Part shown: piece by piece, positions 1-9,065 of the stretch
How the letters are laid out: each line of letters opens with the position of its first letter
Numbering within the stretch: position 1 is the first letter of the stretch
Assembly: GCA_965223505.1 (NCBI GenBank)
Contig: CBDCWP010000021.1
Span: 32,001 to 96,000, forward strand
Reading direction: 5' to 3'
DNA from: Planctomycetota bacterium
GTDB taxonomy: Bacteria; Planctomycetota; PLA2; JAEUHO01
Length of the DNA: 64,000 bases
Program-made: the position numbers and the translations under genes
Notes under the pieces: model-generated
Database searches by the model: none
What the model was told of the DNA's origin: nothing
The model's input: only the letters and a program-made list of their open reading frames with translations

Positions 1-1
1 A

Positions 2-517
2 CTCGGCAACGTCTGGACCTGCGTGCGCAAGACGAAGTTCGTCAAGGACGCGCGGGACACGGGCGACGAGAACGCGCGCATCGATCCCTTTGCCGGCTAC
101 GACTTCGTCGATCGCGACCGCCTCTTCGGCGTGAAGCTCGTGGACGGCTGGAAGGCCGACGCGCCGCCGCCCGCCATGAGGGCGCAGATCCCGCTGGCGG
201 TCACGATGGTGTCGAAGGGCGCCGCGACCATGCTCGTCATCCTGATCGACCAAGGACAGTCGGAAGCCGCGCTCACGCCGAGCATCGGCATGATCCTGAA
301 GAACTTCGGGATCCAGGTCGACGAGACGAAGCTCGAGAAGAGCGTCGTGGCCGGCATGCCGGGCGTCGCGTACCCCTTCATGGGACAGACGTTCCATCTC
401 GCAAGCGACGGGGTGCGGACGCTCCTCGTTCGAGAGATGGGAACCGCGGCCGACGCGGCGACCGCCGACGAGGCCAAGCAGATCCTGAAGAACATGAAGG
501 CCATCCTGGGCTATTGA
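2..517 (+). CDS. Hypothetical protein, 5'-truncated by the window edge
   Basis: Frame open from position 2 (LGNVWTCVRKTK...) to TGA at 515-517; GC3-rich codons; stop overlaps the next start. Confidence 0.7.
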   Translation, partial: LGNVWTCVRKTKFVKDARDTGDENARIDPFAGYDFVDRDRLFGVKLVDGWKADAPPPAMRAQIPLAVTMVSKGAATMLVILIDQGQSEAALTPSIGMILKNFGIQVDETKLEKSVVAGMPGVAYPFMGQTFHLASDGVRTLLVREMGTAADAATADEAKQILKNMKAILGY

Positions 518-1767
518 ATCGACTCGCACTCCCGTTCGTCCTCGCCCTCGTCCTCTGCGCGCCTCAGGACGGTCGCGGTGAGGAGGAGCCGGGCCTCTGG
601 CAAGGGTCGAATCGCGTCGCGCTGAAGGACGGGCTCACGTCCGACAGCACGGGCCTTTGGATCTCACGGCGGGATCTGGCGGACGGGCTGCGGGTCCACG
701 CCAAACGCCTGATTCCGTCGGTGCAGGACAAGCCGAAGCGCAACGAGAGGCGCCGCGCCGACGCCTGGGTCCTTTGCTTCGAACGCTTCTGCACCCGCTA
801 CGACGAACCCACGCGGGGCGTGACGGGGAGCGAGACGTTCAACATCCGCAAGATCGCGCGCGGTCTCGGCTTCCGGCTGCGCGAGGTCGAGGGCGGGTGG
901 CGCGTCGACGCGTCGGCCCGGCGCGCGGCCCCGGCGCGAGGACGCCCGGGCGAGCGCGTTCCGCCGCTGCGGTTCCGGATGCTCGACGGATCGACGCGGG
1001 ACACGTACGAGCGGCCGGGACAGCGGCTGTTGATGGTCGTGTGGTCGCCGTGGTCCACGTCGCGCAAGCACGTGGGAACCTGGGTGTCGCAGGCGAAGGC
1101 GCGCAAGCTGGACGTGCTGGCCGTGGCCGTCGACCTCGAGGGCGAGCCGCGCGTGCGTCCCTACGCGCCGCCCGACGCGGACGGCGACGTGGCACTCGAC
1201 CCCACGGGCCAGGTGCTTCAAGGCTTCGGCTTGGCGACCGTCGATCGGTGGATCCTGATCGACGAGCTGGGACTTCACCGCGCGTCGGGCCCCCTCGATC
1301 GGCCGGGGGACTGGCTCTGGATCGACCGGCACCTCGCGGAGTCCAAGGCGCCGGCGCCGCCGAAGCCCGAGCGCCCCTTCGAAGGTGTGGGCGTCGAAGC
1401 GCTGCGCGAGATCGTGCGCCGCTCGCCGCGTGACTTCCGTGCGAAGCTCGCATTGGTGAGCGCGCTCCCCGCTGCGAGTCGCGAGGAGGCCGCGACCCTG
1501 TTGCGGGAGCTCATCGCGAAGCAACCGCGCGACATGAGTCTGATCCTGAGGCTGGCCAAGCTGTCGATGGACGCGAACGATCGCGGCGAGGCCGTACGCA
1601 TCCTGGATGCGGCGCGCCGGCTGAATCCCGCGCGCTTGCCGCTGCGGCGTCAGTTCTGGGCGCTCGCGTACCCGGAGCGGTTCTACGACGGCGAGATCGA
1701 CACCGCCTGGCAGAAGACGCAGAGGAAGGCCGAAGACGAAGAGTGGGGCTGGGTGAAGAAGAGGTAG
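514..1767 (+). CDS. Exported thioredoxin-fold (TlpA/ResA-like) protein with C-terminal TPR-like region; active-site Cys absent
   Basis: N-terminal signal peptide; GERVPPLRFRMLDG...RLLMVVWSPWSTSR...VLAVAVD...WILIDELG Trx-like pattern; helical C-terminus ending PERFYDGEIDTAWQ. Confidence 0.7.
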   Translation: MNRLALPFVLALVLCAPQDGRGEEEPGLWQGSNRVALKDGLTSDSTGLWISRRDLADGLRVHAKRLIPSVQDKPKRNERRRADAWVLCFERFCTRYDEPTRGVTGSETFNIRKIARGLGFRLREVEGGWRVDASARRAAPARGRPGERVPPLRFRMLDGSTRDTYERPGQRLLMVVWSPWSTSRKHVGTWVSQAKARKLDVLAVAVDLEGEPRVRPYAPPDADGDVALDPTGQVLQGFGLATVDRWILIDELGLHRASGPLDRPGDWLWIDRHLAESKAPAPPKPERPFEGVGVEALREIVRRSPRDFRAKLALVSALPAASREEAATLLRELIAKQPRDMSLILRLAKLSMDANDRGEAVRILDAARRLNPARLPLRRQFWALAYPERFYDGEIDTAWQKTQRKAEDEEWGWVKKR

Positions 1768-1789
1768 GGCGACTCGGGGGACGCGGGCT

Positions 1790-1873
1790 GTAGGGGCAGC
1801 CCTCGTGGCTGCCCAATTGGGCCACCACGAGGGTCGCCCCAACCAATTGCGCGACGAGGAGGGTCGCCCCTAC
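1790..1873. repeat. Cluster of three 25-nt GTAG-type REP-like palindromes between convergent genes
   Basis: GTAGGGGCAGCCCTCGTGGCTGCCC (1790-1814, +) plus two degenerate reverse copies at 1819-1843 and 1849-1873, separated by AATT and CAATT. Confidence 0.8.
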
Positions 1874-2142
1874 AAGTCGCCGAGCCGCTGAATCGAGGCG
1901 ACGGATTCGCGGGGCACCAGGATCCGGTCGTGGGTCTTCCAGATCCCGAAGCGCGCCGCCTTCTGCAAGTACTCGGACTTGGACGGTGCGTCGCCGCCCT
2001 CCTCGTGAACCGCAGCATCGAGCAGGATCACGCCCTCGGGCGTGATCGTGTCGCAGCGGCCGACGAAGACCTGCGGCCCCTCGGTGTCGACGACGACGGT
2101 GATGCCGTGCAGCTCGCCCTTGTCGTGGTGAAACGTGCCCAT
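1870..2142 (-). CDS. Small hypothetical protein (90 aa, beta-rich)
   Basis: MGTFHHDKGELHGITVVVDTEGPQVFVGRCD...; directly downstream of the bacilliredoxin; the longer ORF call overlaps that gene out of frame. Confidence 0.75.
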   Translation of the reverse strand: MGTFHHDKGELHGITVVVDTEGPQVFVGRCDTITPEGVILLDAAVHEEGGDAPSKSEYLQKAARFGIWKTHDRILVPRESVASIQRLGDL

Positions 2143-2156
2143 GTCGGCGCGTCGCG

Positions 2157-2573
2157 CTAGGCGCAATGCTGGTCGAAGACGGTCACGAGATCGAACGCGA
2201 TCGACTGTGCGTCCCGGCTCTCGATCATGTGCCGAGGGACGAAGTGAACGAGCTCCGTGCCCGTGAACAGCATCGCGGATGGGCTGCTCGGCGGCACGTC
2301 GGCGGCGTAGCTGCGCGCCTTCGCGGTCGCCTCGACGTCCTGTCCCGCGAACACCGTCGCGACGTGGTCGGGCCGGTTCTCGTGCTGCATGGCGATGCGC
2401 AGCGCGGGCCGCGCCTGTCCGGCGGCGCAACCGCAGACGGAGTTGATGAAGATCAGCTTGGTGCCTTCGCGAGCCATGAACGCCTCGACCTGCGACGCGT
2501 CGACGAGCTCTTCGATTCCCATCGCGGTGACTTCTTCGCGCATCGGCTGGACGAGGACCGGGTCGTAGGGCAT
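2157..2573 (-). CDS. BrxA/BrxB (YphP/YqiW) family bacilliredoxin
   Basis: INSVCGCAAGQARP (CGC motif), TVFAGQD, PSSPS, RHMIE motifs; GGAGAG RBS. Confidence 0.92.
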   Translation of the reverse strand: MPYDPVLVQPMREEVTAMGIEELVDASQVEAFMAREGTKLIFINSVCGCAAGQARPALRIAMQHENRPDHVATVFAGQDVEATAKARSYAADVPPSSPSAMLFTGTELVHFVPRHMIESRDAQSIAFDLVTVFDQHCA

Positions 2574-2690
2574 GACGCTCTCTCCGTTGTTGGACGAGCG
2601 CTCATTGTAGTCAGCGGCCCGCGAGCGGCCCCGCGCGGTCAGACCGTCCGGCCAGGCCTTCCGCCGCGGCCGGGCATCCGGTGCCCCCGG

Positions 2691-3518
2691 TCAGTCTTCG
2701 CCGACGAGCTGGCGGAGCACCTCTTCGGCCTCGGAGCGCGGCTCGGTCAGCGGCGCGCGCTTGACGAATTCGGATACGACCGGGTCGTCGAAGTTCACGA
2801 GCTCGTCGTAGGTGCCGCTGAAGACCACCTGCGCGCCGCCGGCTCGCGGCGCGAGCATGGTGATGCGGTCCGCGATGATCTTCACCGACTCCATCTCGTG
2901 CGTCACGACGACGATCGCCATGTTGAAGGCCTGGTTGAGGTTGCGAATCAGATCGTCGATGCCGCGGCCGATGCGCGGGTCGAGGCCGGCGGACGGCTCG
3001 TCGCAGAACAGCACCTGCGGATCCATGGCGATCGCGCGCGCGAACGCAACGCGCTTGACCTGGCCGCCCGACAGCTGGCTGGGGAGCCGGTCCTCGAAGC
3101 CCGAGAGCCGTACGAGACCGAGCTTCATGCGGACGGAGATGTCGATGATCTTCGGATCGAGCTGCGAGTGCTCGATGAGCGGCAAGGAGACGTTCTCGAA
3201 CACGGTCATGGAACCGAAGAGCGCGCCCGATTGATACACCATTCCGATGCGCTTGTAGACCTTGTCGATCTCTCGTTGCGGCGCGTTGACCATGTCGACG
3301 CCCAACACCTTCACGCTTCCGGAGACGGGCTTCAGGATGCCCAACAGGCACTTGAGCAGCGTCGACTTGCCTGAGCCGCTTCCCCCGAGAATGATCATGA
3401 CCTCGCCGCGATGGACGGTCATGCTGACGCCGTTCAAGATGACCTGCTCGTCGTAGCGCACGACGAGGTCGCGCACCTCTACGACGGGATCCCCTTGTGT
3501 CGGTTGCTTTTCGCTCAC
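2691..3518 (-). CDS. ABC transporter ATP-binding protein, MlaF/Ttg2A-like
   Basis: Walker A GGSGSGKS, QSGALFGSMTVFENV, LSGGQVKRVAFARA, CDEPSAGLDP, VVVTHE. Confidence 0.88.
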   Translation of the reverse strand: MSEKQPTQGDPVVEVRDLVVRYDEQVILNGVSMTVHRGEVMIILGGSGSGKSTLLKCLLGILKPVSGSVKVLGVDMVNAPQREIDKVYKRIGMVYQSGALFGSMTVFENVSLPLIEHSQLDPKIIDISVRMKLGLVRLSGFEDRLPSQLSGGQVKRVAFARAIAMDPQVLFCDEPSAGLDPRIGRGIDDLIRNLNQAFNMAIVVVTHEMESVKIIADRITMLAPRAGGAQVVFSGTYDELVNFDDPVVSEFVKRAPLTEPRSEAEEVLRQLVGED

Positions 3519-3621
3519 GCGAGGATCTTATCCCAAACGCGCACCCGACGCAGATCACCGTTGACCTGCGCCTGACCATCGCTAGCCTCGGTATGGATTG
3601 GCGTGTTGTGGCGGGAGAGAG

Positions 3622-6288
3622 ATGGGCGAGCCGCCGGGTAGCTCACCGAGTGACTTCGAGGGCACGGACCTCGCCCGGATCGGCACCGCCGCGCTCGGCA
3701 AGACGCTGGACGTCCCCGCGCTCGCGGAAGCCGTACACGAGTTCAGCAACCGCGAGCCCGGCGCGGACTCGCCGCAGGTGCTCGGCAAGTTCCTCCGACA
3801 GATCGGCGACGCGCTCCATGCGTCGTGCGCCGCGCTGTGCTTGTTGTCGGCCGAGCGCACCCACGCCGATCTGATTCTCGTCTACGGCACGCCGCCCCCG
3901 GCGAGCCACCTGGGCTCGCCGCCGTTTCACGAGTTCGGTGAACCCTGGCCCGGCGTGCGCGCCACGGAAGGACCGCCGCCCGACGTCCTGGCCTACGTCT
4001 GCGCTCAACCGCTCCCGGTCGCCGGCGTTGCCGGCGTCGCGGGCATTCCGCAGGTGAGCGGCGAGTGGGGCGCGGTCGCATCGTGCATCGGGGGCGTGAT
4101 TCCCGGCGCCGGCGGGCCGCGCGGCGCGATCTTTCTCGGGCGCGCACCGGACGCGGCGCCCTTCGCGCCCGAAGTAGCGGCGGTGGTCTCGTCGCTCGGC
4201 TCGGTCATCGCGCTGTACGCGCAGTACGCGCGGTTGCGACGCGCATCGGATCAACAGACCCACCGCGAGGGCAGCCTGACCGAGGTCGCAGCCGCGTGCA
4301 TCGAGGCCTCGGATCCCCCGCCCTACGCGTTGGCGCAGCAGACGGTGTGCGACATTCTCAAGGCCGATGCCGTCGAGATCTGGGTGACGCGCGACGGCGC
4401 GCGCAGTCTGCGGCTCGTCGCTTCCCGGCACATCCCCGAGGGTCGCGTCGGCATGTTCGTCCCGTCGGCGGCCAATGCATCGCTGCCGGGGTACGCGCTC
4501 GCCAGCCGGAAGTTCCTCCAGGTCCCGAACCTGTCGACGGAACGACGATTTCCCGCCGGCGACAACATCCTGAACGCGGGAATGGGCTCCGCGGCCGCCG
4601 CGCCGCTCGTCGCGGCCGGAGCGCCGTTCGGCGCCATGTGCGCCTACTTTCGCGGGCACGTCGAAGTGAGTGACGCGGACACGCGATATCTGCAAAGCGT
4701 GGCGGACCTGCTCGCCGGCGCCTTGGCACGGCGCCGCGCGGAAACGGAGCGCCGCCACAACGAAGCCGTCCTGCAGGACGTGATCACCCGCAGTCCCGTG
4801 CCGTTGATCGTCTACGACGATCACGAGCGCATGGTCGCAAGCAGCGATCTCATCTGGGAGATCACGGGGCACGATCCGAGCGACGTGCACGATCTGTCCG
4901 ACTGGTTCCTGCTCGCCCACCCGGACGAGGTCCAGCGCTATCGCGTCCGCTCGGCGTTGGACTGCGTGCAGCGCGAAGCGAAAGACGTCCGCGCCGTCGG
5001 CGACTTCGAGATCTCGTGCGCCGACGAGTCGACTCGGCACTGGAAGCTGGTCTTGAATCCGGTCACCCGCGACGACGAACATCCGCTGTACTTCATGGCG
5101 GGGCTGGACATCACCGAAGAGCGCCGCGCCCAGTCGCATCTTCGCCAAGCGCAGAAGCTGGAAGCGGTCGGGCGGCTCGCCGGCGGCATCGCGCACGACT
5201 TCAACAACCTCCTGACGGTCATCAGCGGGTACGTCGACATCGCAATCGGCAAGCTGGCGGAGGACCACGCGGCGCGGCCGCCGCTGGCCGAGGTCGCGCT
5301 GGCGGCGGACCGCGCGAGCCAGCTGACGGAGCGACTGCTGGCGTTCTCGCGTCGCCAAAGCCTCGATCCGGAACCGCTCGACCTCAACGAGCTCGTTCGC
5401 AGCCTGCTCGGGCTGATGCGGCGGCTCATCGGCGAGAGCATCGAGTGGAAGCTCCAGCTGCGACATCCGCTGCCGCTCGTCCGCGCCGACCACGCCGGGC
5501 TCGAGCAGGTCCTCATCAACCTCGTCCTGAACGCGCGCGACGCGATGGAGGACACGGGTTCGATCGCGATCGGTTCACAGCCGGTGCCCGCCGGAAGTGC
5601 TCCGCCGCTCGTCGGCGGTCCGCCGCTGGACGTGGACCACGTCATGCTGTCGGTGTCGGACACCGGCTGCGGCATGCCGCCCGAGATCATGCGGCGGGTG
5701 TTCGAGCCGTTCTTCACGACGAAGGAGCGGGGTGCAGGCACGGGACTCGGGCTGGCCAACGCCTACGCCACCGTCCGGCAGTCCGAGGGCGACATTCGCG
5801 CGACGAGCGAGGTCGGCAAGGGCACGACTTTCGGCGTCCTGCTCCCCGCGACGGCCGAAGATCGCCGGTCCGTTGCGCCCATCGAGAGCGGCGCGCCTCG
5901 CCGAGGAACGGAGACCGTCCTCATCGCGGAAGATCGCAGGCCCATCCGGGATCTGGCTCGCGCGACGCTGGAGGACCTGGGCTACACGGTCCTCTCGGCC
6001 GTGGACGGGATCGCTGCCCTCGAGGTCGCGGCAAGCCACGAAGGTCGCATCGATCTCCTCGTGACGGATGTGATCATGCCGCGCATGGGCGGCGCGCGGC
6101 TGGCGGAGAAGCTGCGCGACGCACGGCCGGGACTCAAGGTGCTCTTCGCCTCCGGCTATCCGGGCACCGAGTTCCCCCATGCGAAGTCGCCCGCACACGA
6201 CGAAGCGGTGCTGCGCAAGCCCTTCACGTCGTCGGAGTTGGGGCGACGCGTCCGCGCGGCGCTCGACGACGGCGAACCCGTGGCGTAG
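3622..6288 (+). CDS. Cytoplasmic hybrid sensor histidine kinase (GAF-GAF-PAS-HisKA-HATPase-REC)
   Basis: QKLEAVGRLAGGIAHDFNNLL H-box, NLVLNARDAM, DTGCGM, FEPFFTTK, GTGLGL, receiver with TDVIMP and KPF; ATG after GGGAGAG. Confidence 0.92.
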   Translation: MGEPPGSSPSDFEGTDLARIGTAALGKTLDVPALAEAVHEFSNREPGADSPQVLGKFLRQIGDALHASCAALCLLSAERTHADLILVYGTPPPASHLGSPPFHEFGEPWPGVRATEGPPPDVLAYVCAQPLPVAGVAGVAGIPQVSGEWGAVASCIGGVIPGAGGPRGAIFLGRAPDAAPFAPEVAAVVSSLGSVIALYAQYARLRRASDQQTHREGSLTEVAAACIEASDPPPYALAQQTVCDILKADAVEIWVTRDGARSLRLVASRHIPEGRVGMFVPSAANASLPGYALASRKFLQVPNLSTERRFPAGDNILNAGMGSAAAAPLVAAGAPFGAMCAYFRGHVEVSDADTRYLQSVADLLAGALARRRAETERRHNEAVLQDVITRSPVPLIVYDDHERMVASSDLIWEITGHDPSDVHDLSDWFLLAHPDEVQRYRVRSALDCVQREAKDVRAVGDFEISCADESTRHWKLVLNPVTRDDEHPLYFMAGLDITEERRAQSHLRQAQKLEAVGRLAGGIAHDFNNLLTVISGYVDIAIGKLAEDHAARPPLAEVALAADRASQLTERLLAFSRRQSLDPEPLDLNELVRSLLGLMRRLIGESIEWKLQLRHPLPLVRADHAGLEQVLINLVLNARDAMEDTGSIAIGSQPVPAGSAPPLVGGPPLDVDHVMLSVSDTGCGMPPEIMRRVFEPFFTTKERGAGTGLGLANAYATVRQSEGDIRATSEVGKGTTFGVLLPATAEDRRSVAPIESGAPRRGTETVLIAEDRRPIRDLARATLEDLGYTVLSAVDGIAALEVAASHEGRIDLLVTDVIMPRMGGARLAEKLRDARPGLKVLFASGYPGTEFPHAKSPAHDEAVLRKPFTSSELGRRVRAALDDGEPVA

Positions 6289-6458
6289 GGCCCACGAGAG
6301 CGGAGCGGTCGGCAAGCGCCGTCGCGCATCCGGCAAGCCGCATGCCCGCGCGGATCCGCCAACCGACCTGCAACCGACCTCGATAACGTGGCCGTCTCGC
6401 GGATCGGCCGCGCTATCTTTGGGTCGTGCGGGCCGGGTGCCCTTGTCGAGGAGCCGTC

Positions 6459-7841
6459 ATGCCTCAACTTCACGACGAGACCTTCGCGAACGCATTGCGC
6501 AATGCCGCGGGGTTCGGCGAGCCGCCCGCGTCGCCCGAGGAGCGGCTGAACGACATCCCGTCGATCGAGTCGCTGGGAGACCTGCCGTCCGGAACGCCCG
6601 TCTGGATCCGGGCGGATCTCGACGTCGCCGATCGGGACGGCGTCATCGGAGACGATCCGCGTTTGGCGAGCCTGAACGAGACGTTGGCGTTCGGTCGCGA
6701 GCACGGCTGGCGCATGCTCTTGCTCGGCCACCGCGGACGCACGCCGGAGAAGACGCTGGAGTACGTGCACCACAAGCTCAAAGAGCTCGAGCCCGGCGCG
6801 GGTCCGTTCATCAAGGACTGGTTCGACGAGCACGCGGAGACCCTGACCGGCATCGCGGTCAAGGCGGTGGAGAGCCTCAAGCCCGGCCAGTGGCTGATGT
6901 TCGAGAACGTTCGCCAGTACGGGTTCGAGACGCGCATGTGGAACGCCGTCGAGGCGCAGGTGAACGAGGTCGCGGATCACTTCGAACGCATCGCGTCGGC
7001 GATGCGCGAGGGCGCGACGGTGTACGTGAACGACGCGATCGCGGCCTCGAACAAGGACTTCTCCAGCATCGCGTTGCCGCTGGCCATGGGCCGGGTCGCC
7101 TTGGGCGCGTTCACGCGCCGCGAGCTCGCGGAGCACGTCGTGCGCGCGCGCGAGGCGGGTCTCGTGTGCTTCTCGGGGATGAAGCTCGACAAGCTCAAGG
7201 ACTTGCACCGGATCGTCCGGCGCGGCGAGGTCGAGATGATCATCGCGGGCGGAGGTCTGGCGATGGCCCTTCGCCGTGCGCGCGGCGAGCTCGAAGGAGA
7301 AGACCTCTCGATCGGCGCGGCCGGCGACCCGGTGAACAAGGACGAGAAGGCGTTCGTGCCGGCGTCGGCGATCGAGAAGGCGCGTCAGCTCCTGAAGGAC
7401 GCGGCGGCCGCCGGCATCGAGGTGGTCCTGCCGATCGACTTCGTACTGGACGACGGCACGACGGCGGACGACATCCCGCCGGACGCCTGGCAGCGCGACA
7501 TCGGACCGAAGACGCGCACCCTGTTCGAAGAGGAGGCGCTGCGCTGGGCGTCGGAGACGAAGAAGCGCGTCGGCTTCTACAACGGCGTGATGGGTCAGTT
7601 CGAGAACTCGTCGTTCGCGGGCGGCACGGAGTCGATCATCGAGACGCTGAAGAAGCTCCAGGCGGCGGGCATCGCGATGTATGTCGGCGGCGGCGAGGGC
7701 CGGGCCGCGCTCGAGCGCTACGCGACGCTGGGGGACGTGACACACGCGTTCACGGCCGGCGGGACGATCTTGAAGTGTCTGGCCGGTCGGCCGCTGCCGT
7801 TCGTGGAGACCATCTACGCCCAGGTGACGGCGCAGGAGTAG
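6459..7841 (+). CDS. pgk: Phosphoglycerate kinase family protein, divergent
   Basis: WIRADLDV, LLGHRGR, MFENVR, YVNDA, VVLPIDF, DIGPKT, NGVMGQFE, VGGGEG, AGG; GAGGAG RBS. Confidence 0.8.
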   Translation: MPQLHDETFANALRNAAGFGEPPASPEERLNDIPSIESLGDLPSGTPVWIRADLDVADRDGVIGDDPRLASLNETLAFGREHGWRMLLLGHRGRTPEKTLEYVHHKLKELEPGAGPFIKDWFDEHAETLTGIAVKAVESLKPGQWLMFENVRQYGFETRMWNAVEAQVNEVADHFERIASAMREGATVYVNDAIAASNKDFSSIALPLAMGRVALGAFTRRELAEHVVRAREAGLVCFSGMKLDKLKDLHRIVRRGEVEMIIAGGGLAMALRRARGELEGEDLSIGAAGDPVNKDEKAFVPASAIEKARQLLKDAAAAGIEVVLPIDFVLDDGTTADDIPPDAWQRDIGPKTRTLFEEEALRWASETKKRVGFYNGVMGQFENSSFAGGTESIIETLKKLQAAGIAMYVGGGEGRAALERYATLGDVTHAFTAGGTILKCLAGRPLPFVETIYAQVTAQE

Positions 7842-7842
7842 G

Positions 7843-8122
7843 GCGCCGCCGAGAGCTGGCGAGGAGCGCGTCCGCGCGACTCGGTGGATCGACCTACCAA
7901 GCGATACGAAGTGGTGGAGCGGTCGCCCCCAGCCTCCGGGAGCCCGGTCGAACGGGATCGGCTCGCCAGGTCGAAGGCGCCGCAAAGCCGACGAGGAGGC
8001 CGCGTGGTCGTCCACGCAACGACGAGAGCGAAGTAGTCGGCGCAGCGCCGCCGAGAGCTGGCGAGCAGCGCGTCCGCGCGAATCGATGACCCAACCTACC
8101 AAGCGATACGAAGTGGTGGAGC
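7843..8122. repeat. 78-bp direct repeat (7843-7920 and 8045-8122) including the last 9 nt of tRNA-Ala
   Basis: Identical 29-nt core ACCTACCAAGCGATACGAAGTGGTGGAGC in both copies; offset 202 nt. Confidence 0.9.
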
Positions 8123-8189
8123 TGAGGGGAGTCGAACCCCTTACCTCGTCATTGCGAACGACGCGCTCTACCAGGTGAGCTACAGCCCC
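8114..8189 (-). tRNA. tRNA-Ala (anticodon CGC)
   Basis: Reverse complement GGGGCTGTAGCTCACCTGGTAGAGCGCGTCGTTCGCAATGACGAGGTAAGGGGTTCGACTCCCCTCAGCTCCACCA; cloverleaf, G3:U70 pair, TTCGA T-loop, encoded CCA. Confidence 0.97.
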
Positions 8190-8321
8190 ACTTCGTAGGT
8201 CGGGGGAGGACGGTACCTCCGAGGCACCGGGGGTCAAGGGGCGGGGCCAGTCGCCGGCTCGGTCGGCGCCAGGGCAGACGCGGGACCGGGCCGGGGCGCA
8301 GGAAACGGGACTTCGCGTCCG

Positions 8322-9023
8322 CTACGCCAACGTCCCCTTCAGCTCCTCGGCGACCTCCCTGACGCGTCCCTCGTCCGTGCCGCGAACGACCACGCGCACG
8401 TGCCAACAGCCGTCCTCGCACACCGGATACGAACCGATCGCCACGTCCGCGACGCGTTCGCTCAGCTCGGTGAGGCGCGGCGCGATCTCGCCCTCGCGCA
8501 GCGTCGTCGTAACCTCCGTTCGATGCAACGGCTCCGGCCGGAACTCCAACGCGATGCCCTCGATCAGGTCGCGGAACAAGAACGGCACGCCCGGCAACGC
8601 GTACACGCCGCCGATCTCGAACCCGAACGTCCCGGTCTTCACGCCGTCCACGATGCGCGCACCGCGCGGAAACATCGCCATCGACAGCTCGGCGTCGGTG
8701 ACCTTCTCCTTGTAGAAGCCACGAATGCGCAGGTCGGCGCGTTGGTGCCGCTCGAGGTCGACGTCCATTGCGCGCGCGACGGCCGGCCGCGTCATGTCGT
8801 CGTGGGTCGGTCCCAGCCCGCCGGAGATGATCACGGCATCCGCGCGCTTTCGCAGCCGTCCGATCTCGTCGACGATCTCGTCCAGGTCGTCGCGAACGAC
8901 GGACAGGCTCGCGATGTGCACACCGTCCTTGGTCAACCGCTGAATGAGGTGCGGCCCGTTCTCGTCGGTGACCTCACCCGAGAGGATCTCGTCGCCGACG
9001 ATGAGAATGGCTACGGACTTCAC
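8322..9023 (-). CDS. CinA N-terminal-like molybdopterin-binding domain protein
   Basis: ILIVGDEILSGEVTDENG, SGGLGPTHDDMT, ALPGVP, IGSYP; no C-terminal NMN deamidase domain. Confidence 0.88.
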   Translation of the reverse strand: MKSVAILIVGDEILSGEVTDENGPHLIQRLTKDGVHIASLSVVRDDLDEIVDEIGRLRKRADAVIISGGLGPTHDDMTRPAVARAMDVDLERHQRADLRIRGFYKEKVTDAELSMAMFPRGARIVDGVKTGTFGFEIGGVYALPGVPFLFRDLIEGIALEFRPEPLHRTEVTTTLREGEIAPRLTELSERVADVAIGSYPVCEDGCWHVRVVVRGTDEGRVREVAEELKGTLA

Positions 9024-9065
9024 GGCCGGATTGTACGCGCCCCGCATGCGACGAGCGCAGCGTCC

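Noticed and set aside
7843..8122. CRISPR-like repeat pair
   Set aside because: Only two copies, 78 nt long with a 124-nt spacer, overlapping a tRNA end; no cas genes.
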